From a virus (lineage: Duplodnaviria > Caudoviricetes), in the IMG/VR virus record IMGVR_UViG_3300017747_002921, positions 1 to 25,289 of that record: 25,289 nt of DNA; one strand, 5' to 3'. Every line of letters starts with the position of its first letter. The stretch's first letter is position 1. This document shows positions 13,647 to 23,421 of the stretch, one piece after another. The notes beneath the pieces are model-generated. The model ran no database searches. It had not been told where the DNA came from and worked only from the letters and a program-made list of their open reading frames with translations. The translations under genes were made by a program, and so were the position numbers.

Positions 13647-15206
13647 CTAGTCGGCTATGTTGTCGCGACGGATGCTGATGCTCTGCGCTGATCCGTAGAG
13701 GAAGGCGGCCGCAGCGGTCGAGCCATTGGCCTGCGCGTGCGCGATGTTGTCGGAGACGTTGAACAGCGTATCGGTCGCGCCGTTCACGTTGACTGCGGCG
13801 TGCTGGCTGTCGGCGGTCGTCGTGCCCGTGGGGCCGAAGATGTTGTTCGTGACAAGGAAGTAGGCGCGGTTGGCGACGACTTCCACGCCGTTGTAGGTGT
13901 TGCTCGTCAACTCGCTGTTGCGGCCGATCCGGTTCCCGATGATCTGCGTATAGCGCCCGCTCGCGCCGTCCATCTGGTAGCCGTGCTTCGCGTTTAGTTC
14001 GAGCTTCGAGCCCATTACGATAGACTCGCCAATGGCGCTAGATCCCTCATAGATGCCGCTTGCCGTCAGAGACGATGCGTACCAGCCGCCAATCGCGGTA
14101 AAGTCGCGGCCCGCATCCAACTGCACGACATTGGAATACTGCCGGTCGCACTCGACGCGCATCAGGTAGAGCCAGATCGGGAACGAGTCGCCAGCCGCCA
14201 GAGTGTCGGTCATCTTCGCGGCATGCACGCCGTTCACAAGCTGGCACTTCTCCGCAACCATCTGGTAGGTGTAGCTGTCGTGAAGAAGCCACGCCGTGGT
14301 GGAGCCCGACACCCACTTGACCTGCGCGCTGCCGTCCGTGATGGCGTCCTGCAGATTGGCCGTCAGCGCAGGCAGCACATATTGAGCCGTGCCCGTGCCC
14401 GTCGTGCCCGCCGTCGTGACCTGCCAGATATGGCCGTTGACCACGAAATAGTCGTACTGGCTATAGGCCGTCGTGTTCGAGCGCGTCTTGGATTGGCTCG
14501 GGTTCGGTGTGTTCCACCACGGATTGTTGGCCTGCAGGTTCGTGATGTTGATGGCGTTGGTCTGGTAGGTGAGTGAGACCGCCTTGCCCCAAATCCCGGC
14601 CGGGCCGTAGACGTAGAGGAAGGAACAGCGGTCCACCATGGGGCTGTTCGAGTAGCTGAAATAGATCGGCTGGTAGCAGAACGAAAACGCGACATCTATG
14701 ATGCGCGTGCGGTAGGAGCCGCCGAAGTTGGCAATCTCCGCGCCGCTGGTCTTGATGTTGACCGGAGTAAAGCGCAGACCCCTGAAGCAAATTTCCTGCG
14801 CCGCCACCGGGCCTGTGTCGTTGCCGACCTTCCAGGCATATCCCGAAGTGGCGGTATCACGCAGCACCGTGACGTTGTTGCCGCATCCCTCGATCCCGCC
14901 GCCGATGGCGATGATCCGGGGAAACGTAGTGCTGTTGTATCGGTAATTCCCCGGCTCGATCTTATAGGTGTAGTTCGTGATGTTGAGCGCGTCGATTAGT
15001 GCAACGAAGGCCGCCGTGTTGTCCGTCGAGTCGTCACCGATCAGCCCAAACAGCGAATTGGCATTCACCACCACGCCAAGAGTCAACGCATCCGCCCGCG
15101 ACGCCGCAACCAAGGCATTGATTGAAGTCGTGACGCCCAAACCCCATACCGGAGAGTAGACCCCCGGCATGGGGGAGAGGACGGTCGGGACGGTGCGGTC
15201 GACCAT
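13647..15206 (-). CDS. Tailspike / depolymerase with a pectate-lyase-like beta-helix
   Basis: FGLIGDDSTDNTAAF..PGNYR helix-cap motif; Asn-rich IIGNRIG/VTNNIF/VSDNIA rungs. Confidence 0.85.
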   Translation of the reverse strand: MVDRTVPTVLSPMPGVYSPVWGLGVTTSINALVAASRADALTLGVVVNANSLFGLIGDDSTDNTAAFVALIDALNITNYTYKIEPGNYRYNSTTFPRIIAIGGGIEGCGNNVTVLRDTATSGYAWKVGNDTGPVAAQEICFRGLRFTPVNIKTSGAEIANFGGSYRTRIIDVAFSFCYQPIYFSYSNSPMVDRCSFLYVYGPAGIWGKAVSLTYQTNAINITNLQANNPWWNTPNPSQSKTRSNTTAYSQYDYFVVNGHIWQVTTAGTTGTGTAQYVLPALTANLQDAITDGSAQVKWVSGSTTAWLLHDSYTYQMVAEKCQLVNGVHAAKMTDTLAAGDSFPIWLYLMRVECDRQYSNVVQLDAGRDFTAIGGWYASSLTASGIYEGSSAIGESIVMGSKLELNAKHGYQMDGASGRYTQIIGNRIGRNSELTSNTYNGVEVVANRAYFLVTNNIFGPTGTTTADSQHAAVNVNGATDTLFNVSDNIAHAQANGSTAAAAFLYGSAQSISIRRDNIAD

Positions 15207-15644
15207 TTACAGAATCCGGTACGACCCGCCGAAGTTGATGATCGTCGTGGCGCTGAGCTGCGTGGCGATGTTGACCGGATTGCTGGCAGCGGCTGCCGCC
15301 TTGCCGAACTCGATCAGCGCAATCGTCGTGGCAGCCGCGCGCACGCGGGCGCCGTACTGGAAGTAGTCAGTGCCGTGCGTGACGTTGGAGACTTCCGCCA
15401 GCGCAATCGGGGAGTTGTGGGTCGCCATCGACGTAAACGGCAGCCCGCCAATCCAGGTCGATCCCGCCGATGCGGGATCGAGCGCCGTCAGGGTCACGAT
15501 GCCACCGATGGTGATAAGGTTGCCGTTGCGCGCCCACCACCCAATGGTTGCCGAGCCGTTGTAGGTTTGCGTGCCGGCCGTCGAGGAACCGAGGATCGTC
15601 GGCGTCCAGGTGCCAGAGCTATAGTCCGAGCCAGTGAGGGCCAT
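15207..15644 (-). CDS. Stand-alone tail fibre C-terminal-type beta-sandwich protein
   Basis: YSSGTWTPTI..GWWARNGNLITI..IGGLPFT..GSY motifs; GGAGG RBS. Confidence 0.8.
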   Translation of the reverse strand: MALTGSDYSSGTWTPTILGSSTAGTQTYNGSATIGWWARNGNLITIGGIVTLTALDPASAGSTWIGGLPFTSMATHNSPIALAEVSNVTHGTDYFQYGARVRAAATTIALIEFGKAAAAASNPVNIATQLSATTIINFGGSYRIL

Positions 15645-15654
15645 TTTTTTCCTC

Positions 15655-16203
15655 CTACCAAGTCGACGCGGTGAACTTGTGGCCCGTGGTGGCCGCAACG
15701 ACAGAGACCGCGCCCGCCGGACGGCGGCCCGGCGGCGTCTCGTAAGAGAAGCCGGGGACGATCTCGATGGAGCCCGCCGCATTCGCCGCTGCGGTGCCGG
15801 TGTCGGAAACCCACAGGCTTTCCGCCAGCGCGTCGGGATTGCTCACAGACCAGCCATTGACCGGCGTTCCACCAGCAAGAGCCTGCGCGGTTCCACCCGT
15901 AGCGATCGTCGTGCTGCGGTTGGTTGCGGCAACGGCCTGCGGCGTCGCCGCCAACGCGGTCAGGGCGCTCGTGAGCCTCTGAGCGATGCGCTGAAGGCGT
16001 CCATTGAGGCCGCTCGACGCGGTGTCGGTTGAAGGCGCGGTTTCCGTAAGCGCGCCGAGCAGAGTGTCCGACGAGCCCCCGGTCGCGGTCGTCATGAGGC
16101 GACCCTGCGAATCGGTGCGGAGGGGGTAGGTCTCCTGGTCCGAAAGCGACGGATCGGAGGTCACATAGAGGGCTTTGATGAGGCGTCCGACGTAGGTGGT
16201 CAT
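15655..16203 (-). CDS. Tail-associated structural protein
   Basis: AAGGAG RBS before ATG 16203; Thr/Ala/Gly-rich, beta-rich C-domain ending in W. Confidence 0.7.
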   Translation of the reverse strand: MTTYVGRLIKALYVTSDPSLSDQETYPLRTDSQGRLMTTATGGSSDTLLGALTETAPSTDTASSGLNGRLQRIAQRLTSALTALAATPQAVAATNRSTTIATGGTAQALAGGTPVNGWSVSNPDALAESLWVSDTGTAAANAAGSIEIVPGFSYETPPGRRPAGAVSVVAATTGHKFTASTW

Positions 16204-16213
16204 AGTCTTCTCC

Positions 16214-17452
16214 TTAGAAAATCTTTTCTTCGATGGTGATGCTGGAAACCATTGCCGTGCCCAGGCGGCGAACACCGCCGACGCCGTTGAACGTGAGGCC
16301 ACTGCCGGCGACGGAGCCCGCGCGCACAGTGAAGGTCGACGCGCTGGTTGAACCGCTCACCAGGGCGACGCGGAGATGGATCGGCTCGGAGGCGGACATT
16401 GCGTCTATGCGCCCAATCACGGCAGCGCAGGCGTCCGCCGCACCGTCGCGGAACAGGGCGACAATGGGATTGTCCGCCGCGCCCGAAGACAGGCAGCAAA
16501 CAACGTCGATGACGAGGATGGATGTCGCACTCTTCGGCGTGATGATGGCCGACATATATTGGTCGCCCTCGGTGACTTGAGGGATCGTGTCGTCCTGGAA
16601 CATCGCCGTGGTGCCGGTATTGACGGCGCCCGTGATGCTGGAAACGAACTGCCCGCCTGCAGCCAAGGCGACGGATCGCTGGTAGGTGATGCAGATCCAG
16701 TTGCCGCCGCCCAGCGAGCGAAACACGGCAAGGTCATTGGCTACCGTGGTGATGTTCGCGGCACCCGGCAGGATCAGCGACGTGCCGTTGTGCGTGAGCG
16801 TCAGCGCGCCCGTGAAGCGGACAGTCCGCTCCGTGCCCGCCTGTACGGTGCCAAGGCCGGTGATCGTCGTGGTGCCCGTGACCTGGACGAAGTTGCCTGT
16901 CGCGGCCCCGATGTCCGTGGTCGTGGCGCTGGCAATGTCGGAGCCCTGCGCTTCGTTGATCGACGCACCCAACATGGTGAGCGTGCCGAGGAAGGTATTA
17001 GCGACCGCCAGAAGGGCCGCGCCTACCGTGGTGATGATGCGATAGGCGCCCGTCCCGGAGTCGTAGTAGACCCACGCGACGAGGTTCGCCGTCAGGTAGC
17101 CGGTCGGAACCGCCCCCCACGCGCCCGCCGTGTAGTAGTGGATCGGCTTCGCGCCAAGGCTGTTCACGTTCAGCGTGGGGGCCGCGCCGGATACCTGGTC
17201 GAACCTCACCAGATGCGTCATCTGGTCGACAAGCGCGCCGGGAGCCACCGTGTAGGACAGCGTGTAAGCCGTGGACGTGCCCGCCGTGACCTTGGGAATG
17301 GTCCACGAATACCAGCGCCTGACCGCGCCCATGACGGCCCGGCCCCAGTTGTTCACGCCGCTGGGCGCCATTCCTTCGGGCATGCCGTCAGGCGAGGCAG
17401 TCGTGTTGCTGCCATCGGTTTCTGACCAATTGCTGGCGGGGATGTCAGCCAT
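16214..17452 (-). CDS. Proximal tail fibre protein
   Basis: N-terminal WS.T..SN...PEGMAPSGVNN..R..M virion-anchor motif; PTLNVNSLGAKPI; Thr/Gly-rich. Confidence 0.85.
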   Translation of the reverse strand: MADIPASNWSETDGSNTTASPDGMPEGMAPSGVNNWGRAVMGAVRRWYSWTIPKVTAGTSTAYTLSYTVAPGALVDQMTHLVRFDQVSGAAPTLNVNSLGAKPIHYYTAGAWGAVPTGYLTANLVAWVYYDSGTGAYRIITTVGAALLAVANTFLGTLTMLGASINEAQGSDIASATTTDIGAATGNFVQVTGTTTITGLGTVQAGTERTVRFTGALTLTHNGTSLILPGAANITTVANDLAVFRSLGGGNWICITYQRSVALAAGGQFVSSITGAVNTGTTAMFQDDTIPQVTEGDQYMSAIITPKSATSILVIDVVCCLSSGAADNPIVALFRDGAADACAAVIGRIDAMSASEPIHLRVALVSGSTSASTFTVRAGSVAGSGLTFNGVGGVRRLGTAMVSSITIEEKIF

Positions 17453-17466
17453 TATACTCTCCGGCC

Positions 17467-17667
17467 ATGCTCATGTTCGTGCAGGCGGTTTCCGCCATCG
17501 CAGGCGCCACCGTCGTTTTGATGCTGTTCGCAGACGATCCCAGCCCGCCGCCGATCGGCGTGTATCTCGCGGCGTCGATCATCTGCGGATGCGCCGGGAC
17601 ATGGCTGTACGTGCGGATGCGATACGGGAAGGACGCGATCATTCGTGCCTCCCGACGGCTTGACTGA
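17467..17667 (+). CDS. Counter-oriented two-TM protein (moron/exclusion-like, tentative)
   Basis: Two hydrophobic helices; fills the only gap between the ejection and fibre genes. Confidence 0.5.
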   Translation: MLMFVQAVSAIAGATVVLMLFADDPSPPPIGVYLAASIICGCAGTWLYVRMRYGKDAIIRASRRLD

Positions 17668-19720
17668 CGGCGGCGCCCTTCACGAGGCTTTGCAGTACAG
17701 GCTCGGCCATCTTCACGTTGCCGGCGTTCGCCTTTTTCATGAGGGCTGACGCAATCTTGGGGTCCTGCAGCGCCTCGAAAATCCGCGCCATCGCCGCTTC
17801 ATCCGATCCGCCGTAAACCAGACCCAGCGCCTTCTTGATCGGGTGCAGGATCGGGGCCTCGGAAAGACGGGGCGACAGGAACGCACCGAGGATGCTTTCA
17901 GACGCGAGCCGGTCGAATGTCGGAGAGCCGGTGCGGCCGGGAATTGACGCCGACTGCTCCTTGAGTGCTTGGGTGATGGTTTCGAGCCCCTTCACCTGAT
18001 CGGGAGTCAGGACATTGACAGCGGCGCCCCTGTTGGCTTCCAGCCACTTCGCGGCGCCATTGGCGGTCATGCGGGCGTTGCCCGTCGCATCCTCGGCCAC
18101 CTTGGAACCGGCGGCCTTGCGGAAGTCGTCCAGCACGTAGGAACGCATCGCCTCGACGGACTTGATGTCGCCGCCGTTGGCCGTCAGGAACTTCTGCATC
18201 ATCGGCGCACTGAGATCGCCCTGACGCATGAATTGAGAAGGCACCTTCTCAGCCGGCATCAGGAAGTCCTTGCCGAACTTGTCCCTGGCAATGGCGTCAG
18301 CCACGGGCTTGTTGCCGAGCTTCGCGTCGAAGGGCTCCAGCGGCTTGCTGTGCTGCTGGAATGTTGCACGAGCGGCGGCCTCCTCGGGCACGGCAGCCAG
18401 GGCGTCATCAACGCGCTTTTTCACGGCGACCAACAGGCCCTTGCTGAACTTGCCCATCGACAGGTCGCCCTGCATGTCTCCGATGGCTTCGCGAATCGCC
18501 ATCAGGCCCTTCGGAGTCGTGGGCAGCGGGCCGGTCGGATTCTCGAAGAAATCCGCGACCGACTGCATCAGCTTTTGCGGCTTGCCGACCGTCTCGTCGG
18601 CGGCGCCGGCTGCAGTCGCCCATGCGTCGGACGGGTCAACCGGCGTCTTGGAATTGCGAGCAGCCTCATAGAGAGGGTCGGACTTGGCCGAGCGCGCCTT
18701 GACGAGATCGTCGAAACGCTCCCGCAGCGACTTCTGGATGGTCTCGCCAGCCGTGGACGCCGGAGGAAGGCCAGCCCCCAGATTGTCGAGGTTGTCCGTC
18801 AGCAGCGCATTGTTCTTGTCATAGACGCCACGCATGCCGGGCGTCTTGGCCTCGGCAACCTCCTGCATCGCCATCATGCCGGGGTCGCGCGAAGCCTTGC
18901 CGGCCGGAAGATTGAAGCCCGGAACCGGCGGCGAGTAGGAATCCATGTTGGCAATCGCGGCAGTCGGATCGGTGGCGGAACGGTTGAGCGCAGCACCAGC
19001 AATCTTGTCGCGTCCGCCCTTGGTGAAGGGCTCGATCATCGACATGGTGGCCTCGCCACCCTTCTTGAGGGCGAACGGCGTCATACCGCCGACGACAGAG
19101 CCGGCAACGCGCGCATAGGGCTCGTAGGACGTACCTGCGATGCCTGGAACTTCCGCCGCGCCCTCTCCGCCCATTGCGGCGGTCGCGTTGACGATCGGTC
19201 CCATCTTGCCGCCCGCGCCCATCACGGGACCGGCAAACAGGGCCTCGACGCCAGCATCGACGACGGGGTTGAGGTTCGTTTCCTTGAAGTCAGGGCGTGC
19301 CTTGGCGCGATCCAGCATGAATTGCTGCGCCTCGGGGCCGCTCGGAAGTTGCTTGCCGATGGCAGTGGCCGCGCCGAGGAAGGGAATTGCGGTCGGGCTG
19401 ACGCCGATCTTGTCGCCAGCCCATGTCACGGCGTCGGAGGCCATGCGCGGCAGCCCGGCAACGCTGCCCATCGCCTTGGCAAAGCGCGTGTCGCGATAGT
19501 TGCCCGCCGTCTCGGCGCCATCGACGACAGCACCGCCGGCTGCCTTCGCCGTATCCATGACGCGATTGCCCAGCGATGGAGGCGGGCCAAGCCGCTGCCA
19601 CGACTTGCCGTCAAAGGCCATGCGCTCGCCGCGCTCGTTCTCTGCGACCTGCGCGGGCTTCCACTCGCGCCCGTCGAAGGCCATCACATCGCCTGCGTCG
19701 TTGGTAGCGAGTGCGCTCAC
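17639..19720 (-). CDS. Large internal virion / DNA ejection protein
   Basis: 693-aa Ala/Gly-rich helical protein at the last ejection-gene position; ARTGSPT-like C-terminal motif. Confidence 0.75.
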   Translation of the reverse strand: MSALATNDAGDVMAFDGREWKPAQVAENERGERMAFDGKSWQRLGPPPSLGNRVMDTAKAAGGAVVDGAETAGNYRDTRFAKAMGSVAGLPRMASDAVTWAGDKIGVSPTAIPFLGAATAIGKQLPSGPEAQQFMLDRAKARPDFKETNLNPVVDAGVEALFAGPVMGAGGKMGPIVNATAAMGGEGAAEVPGIAGTSYEPYARVAGSVVGGMTPFALKKGGEATMSMIEPFTKGGRDKIAGAALNRSATDPTAAIANMDSYSPPVPGFNLPAGKASRDPGMMAMQEVAEAKTPGMRGVYDKNNALLTDNLDNLGAGLPPASTAGETIQKSLRERFDDLVKARSAKSDPLYEAARNSKTPVDPSDAWATAAGAADETVGKPQKLMQSVADFFENPTGPLPTTPKGLMAIREAIGDMQGDLSMGKFSKGLLVAVKKRVDDALAAVPEEAAARATFQQHSKPLEPFDAKLGNKPVADAIARDKFGKDFLMPAEKVPSQFMRQGDLSAPMMQKFLTANGGDIKSVEAMRSYVLDDFRKAAGSKVAEDATGNARMTANGAAKWLEANRGAAVNVLTPDQVKGLETITQALKEQSASIPGRTGSPTFDRLASESILGAFLSPRLSEAPILHPIKKALGLVYGGSDEAAMARIFEALQDPKIASALMKKANAGNVKMAEPVLQSLVKGAAVSQAVGRHE

Positions 19721-21558
19721 GGCCGCACCTTGAAGCCCGTTGGCGGCGGCGGAAGGTTGGGCATCGGAGACATGCCGCCGTTCTGGATCACCTTGAATCC
19801 GGCCGGCGGTGGCGGCGGCTCGGCGGTCTTGGCCTTGGTCAGGCCCATCATTTCCTTGCGCTCATCCTCGCCAAACAGCGGGCCGAGCTTCTTGACCTCA
19901 TCGGCAAACTTGGTGCCTGTGAGCGGCTGCGTGCCGCCTTGCGAATGTTCCTCCGCAAGCTGCCTGATCTGCGTGGCACGGTCGGCAAGCCGCTGGAAGT
20001 ACGAAGCAACGCGCTCGTTGCCGCCGGGCAGGTTGAGCAGGCCCGGCAGGGCGCGGGCGAACATGTCCATGTCCTTGTCGGACGATGCGCCGGAGCCAGC
20101 CGCGCGCATGTGCGGCTTCATCTGCGAGATCATCGCCATGCCGGCGTCGGCGGCGTTGGCCTTGTTGGCGAACTCTTCCAGCCCGAAGGCACCCAGCGTC
20201 TTGAAGAACGCATTGGCGGACTCGCCGCCGGGGCCGGTGTAGGTGTTTTTGAACTGATCGACCGCGAAGCTGATCTTGCTCGCGAAGTCGCTCATCGTGC
20301 CTTCGGCGTCCTGAATAGCCTTCAGACGCTCGGCGTCGTTCTTGCCCACGGCCTTGGCGAACTCGGTCTGTCCCCTCTGATCGACGGTGACCAAGGGTGC
20401 GCCGATTGGCTTGATTTCGCCCGTGCGCTTGTTCCGCTGATACGATTTGCCGGGCTCTAGGCCGGGATACATCTTCGCATCGTCGGGGCCGATCGTGTGC
20501 CACTGGTCGGCCTTGGTCGATTCGCTGCGGTCGAAGCGATATTGGTCGTTCTGTTGCTTCCACGCGGCATCGGCTTGTGCCTGCGCGCGATTGTGCAGAT
20601 CGGTGATGATCCGGTGCGCCTCGGCGTCGCCCTGCTGGGGCGTGATCTGACGGCTTTGCACCGCCCGCTGGAGGCGTGCGGCGTCTTCCGGCGGAAGCTG
20701 CGGGCGCGGCACAATCTGCGGTGACGGCGGCGGCGAGCGCACGGGCATGCCGTCGCCCGACCCCTGCTCGATCATCGTTCCGGGCTGCTGCCGACCATAC
20801 GCCTGTGCATACTGAACGCGGTTCTCGTAGCCGTGACCGCCCGTGGGATTCTGCGGCGTGTAGCCAGCCGGGCGGAAATACGGCATCAGCGCAGTTGCTG
20901 CGGTCTGTGGGTCCTGCGCTTGCGAGAACTGCTGCCACTCGGGCCGCGTCTTCAATTCATCGACGAAGAAATCGGCCTGCAACTTTGGATCGCTGACATT
21001 GCCGCCTTTGAGTTTGGCGTAGTTGTTCAGCGCGTCGCGGCGATCAAGACGCCAGCCAGCGAGGCCCTGCCCGGTGCCGCCGTCGTGGACGGCATTGGGA
21101 TTGAGGCTTGATTCCTGCTGAAAGTGACCAACAGCCGCCGCCGCCTGTGCCGGGCTAAGACCGCGACTCGTGAGATGGCTCACAAGGTCCTGTCCGGCCT
21201 GCTGCGGCTCGAAACTTCCCGGCCCCATCCGCACGGTCGTATCGGGACGCATGCCGGGCGGGCTCCACCCCGTCGCAGCTTTCTCGGCGCGGGCGCGCTC
21301 GGCTTCCTTGCTGGCGAACTCGCGCTCCTGGAGGCCGAACTGCTGGCGACGCAGCGCGCGCACTTCCTCTTGATCCGCCTGCTCTCGGGCGCGCATCTGC
21401 TGCTGCCCCATTGCGCCGGCATAGCCAGCCACGCCCGGACCAATGCCCGCCCACGCCGGCTGCCCGTTCTGCGCGGCGTTGGAAATCCCGCCGCCAAGCG
21501 ACATCAGCAGCATGGCAAGCTGGCTGCCCTTGTCGTCCAGAAAAGGATTCACGGGCAT
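19717..21558 (-). CDS. DNA ejection protein with a phage-tail-lysozyme domain
   Basis: GLSPAQAAAAVGHFQQESSLNPNA..G.GLAGW..DRR; GSGASSDKD motif. Confidence 0.85.
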   Translation of the reverse strand: MPVNPFLDDKGSQLAMLLMSLGGGISNAAQNGQPAWAGIGPGVAGYAGAMGQQQMRAREQADQEEVRALRRQQFGLQEREFASKEAERARAEKAATGWSPPGMRPDTTVRMGPGSFEPQQAGQDLVSHLTSRGLSPAQAAAAVGHFQQESSLNPNAVHDGGTGQGLAGWRLDRRDALNNYAKLKGGNVSDPKLQADFFVDELKTRPEWQQFSQAQDPQTAATALMPYFRPAGYTPQNPTGGHGYENRVQYAQAYGRQQPGTMIEQGSGDGMPVRSPPPSPQIVPRPQLPPEDAARLQRAVQSRQITPQQGDAEAHRIITDLHNRAQAQADAAWKQQNDQYRFDRSESTKADQWHTIGPDDAKMYPGLEPGKSYQRNKRTGEIKPIGAPLVTVDQRGQTEFAKAVGKNDAERLKAIQDAEGTMSDFASKISFAVDQFKNTYTGPGGESANAFFKTLGAFGLEEFANKANAADAGMAMISQMKPHMRAAGSGASSDKDMDMFARALPGLLNLPGGNERVASYFQRLADRATQIRQLAEEHSQGGTQPLTGTKFADEVKKLGPLFGEDERKEMMGLTKAKTAEPPPPPAGFKVIQNGGMSPMPNLPPPPTGFKVRP

Positions 21559-21927
21559 TTAGAAGAGGCCCTTCAGGGCACGCTGCAGCCACCCGCCCTG
21601 CATGTCGGCGGTCTGTGCCGCGCCTTGCGCGAAGGGGTCGGAGTTGCCACCCGGAGGAGCCGCGCCGAGCACGTCGTTGACCTGTTGCTCATTGCCGCCC
21701 GGCTTCCGCATCGCCATCGACATCATCGCGAGCATGGTGGGATCAAGCCCCATGCCCGGCGTTTGCGGCTGCTGCGGGAGTCCCGGAGCGCCACCGGCAC
21801 CCGGAGGACGGAAGCCCGGCTGCGGGATATGCGGCGCGACAGGCCCCGTCTGCATGCCGGGCATCATCGCGCGGGCGCGGAGGGCGACGAGTGAGTTGGG
21901 ATCGTTGGGACCAAAGGGCATGTTCAT
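21559..21927 (-). CDS. Small Pro/Gly/Met-rich virion-associated protein
   Basis: Fills the gap exactly between ejection genes; low complexity. Confidence 0.7.
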   Translation of the reverse strand: MNMPFGPNDPNSLVALRARAMMPGMQTGPVAPHIPQPGFRPPGAGGAPGLPQQPQTPGMGLDPTMLAMMSMAMRKPGGNEQQVNDVLGAAPPGGNSDPFAQGAAQTADMQGGWLQRALKGLF

Positions 21928-21928
21928 G

Positions 21929-23002
21929 TCAGAAAAGCCCCAGAGCTTGGCTGTAGTTCACTTTCAAAAACCCGCTGGCGGGATCGACATGCACGGCCTC
22001 GGGGTGCGTCTCCGCGACCTCCTGGGCCAGCAGGCCCACGGTGCGGCGCGGGTCGCCCTTGTAGCGATACGAGTAGATGTTCTGCCCGTCGTGCGTCTTG
22101 CCGATTGGCGCGATGTCTTCCTTCAGGCGTTCGTCAGAGAATAAAGATGCTGCCTGAAGCCCAAGGCCGGCGATGCTCGCAGCAGGCCCGAAGATCGAGC
22201 CGAAAGCGTCGGGCGCGGGGCGCGTGCCTATCGTCGTGCCGGTGCCGGTGGTCGTGCCGCCGGGATAGCCACCATTCAGCATCGCCAGATAGCGGCTGAT
22301 GTAGTCCATGTCTTTGTTCTGGTTGTAGTTGTAGCGGTCCACGTCGGCGTCGATGAGCGACTGCGCCTGATTGTCCCGCGCTTGGCCTGCTGTGCCGAAT
22401 TGGTTGATGTCGACGTAATCCTGATTGGCCAGCGTCGGCGCCATGCCAGAGGCCGCGATCTGCTGTCCGCGCGCCGTCGTGAAGTATTCAGAGCCCGCCT
22501 TGGCGTCGGCGTCGGCAATCGTGCGGTTGAGGCCGGTCGTGGCGCGATCGACCGCCATCTGGTGCGCGGGCGAGCCGGTGCGGCCAGAGCCCTCGAATGC
22601 CGAGGTCACGCCGGGAATCACCGTGCCCATGAACTGGTCGATGTAGGGCTGATGCGACGCCTGCAGCGCCGCCTTGAACTGCGGGTTGCTGGTCGGGTCG
22701 AGGTACTTGCCGTTGATCGTGTCGGTGAGCTGGGTCTGCGCCGCGCCCGTCAGCGGCGAACCATTGGCCCCGCGCTGCTCCATCATCCGCAGCGCCTGCT
22801 CGGTCTGGCTGGAGAACGGCGCAACCGTGCTGCCAGAGTAATAGGCTGGCGCACCGCCTGCCCCGCCCCGCTGCATGTAGATCTGGTTCAAGTCCGTGAT
22901 GCCGCCCTGCAGCATCGGCTTGATGAACTCGGGCGGCTCGTTGACGTTCCTGGTCGTCTGCGTGCTGCTGCCGCCGCTGCCTGATCCGCCACCACCACTC
23001 AT
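21929..23002 (-). CDS. Ejection/pilot-type protein with a C-terminal S74-like chaperone domain
   Basis: MSGGGG..STQTT..PPEF N-terminus; FSDERLKEDI..GLLAQEV...PEAV..VNY. Confidence 0.8.
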   Translation of the reverse strand: MSGGGGSGSGGSSTQTTRNVNEPPEFIKPMLQGGITDLNQIYMQRGGAGGAPAYYSGSTVAPFSSQTEQALRMMEQRGANGSPLTGAAQTQLTDTINGKYLDPTSNPQFKAALQASHQPYIDQFMGTVIPGVTSAFEGSGRTGSPAHQMAVDRATTGLNRTIADADAKAGSEYFTTARGQQIAASGMAPTLANQDYVDINQFGTAGQARDNQAQSLIDADVDRYNYNQNKDMDYISRYLAMLNGGYPGGTTTGTGTTIGTRPAPDAFGSIFGPAASIAGLGLQAASLFSDERLKEDIAPIGKTHDGQNIYSYRYKGDPRRTVGLLAQEVAETHPEAVHVDPASGFLKVNYSQALGLF

Positions 23003-23421
23003 AGCGCAAGCCTCCACGCGGGCTCGCCGTCCTCATCCTCAATCCGCTCGCCACCAAAGCGGGCAACGATGCGCGCCCAGCCCTTGCGGCCGGAGCCGGA
23101 CAGGCTGGTGCAGCCCTCGGCTTTCGCCCAGGCAGACAGTTTCGCGATGAGGTCAGGAGCCCAGATATTCAAGCGATCACCACCAACAAGCCAAATTCGG
23201 CAGTCTAGGTGTCCGCTTGTCCCCACGGCCCGAAGGCGCGTGACGATGCCGGAGACTAGAATATCCTTATCAAATATCGCCCAGGCTTGCAAATCCTTTG
23301 CGCGAATCCCGGCCAACAGGTCGGTTTTTTCGCGCGATTTCGCATATGCTGGCGCCAGAAGCGGCCAGAGACGCGGCCACACTTCGGAAATCCACTCTCG
23401 CGAGATGCCCGTCGCCATCAT
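22999..23421 (-). CDS. Virion assembly protein (P22 gp14-like position, GNAT-like fold)
   Basis: WLVGG..WAKAEGC....GRKGWAR motif; lies between the tail hub and the ejection genes. Confidence 0.75.
   Translation of the reverse strand: MMATGISREWISEVWPRLWPLLAPAYAKSREKTDLLAGIRAKDLQAWAIFDKDILVSGIVTRLRAVGTSGHLDCRIWLVGGDRLNIWAPDLIAKLSAWAKAEGCTSLSGSGRKGWARIVARFGGERIEDEDGEPAWRLAL

Noticed and set aside
15644-15650. T7 homopolymer as a frameshift or phase-variation site
   Set aside because: It is the RBS-to-ATG spacer downstream of a stop codon and is not within a reading frame.
13647-17452. Diversity-generating retroelement or tail-fibre shufflon
   Set aside because: No reverse transcriptase, no TR/VR pair and no inverted fibre cassettes were seen.
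17969-20242. Long + strand ORFs here and at 16376-17425 and 23586-24998
   Set aside because: They are antisense shadows of GC-rich structural genes, with no motifs or RBS.
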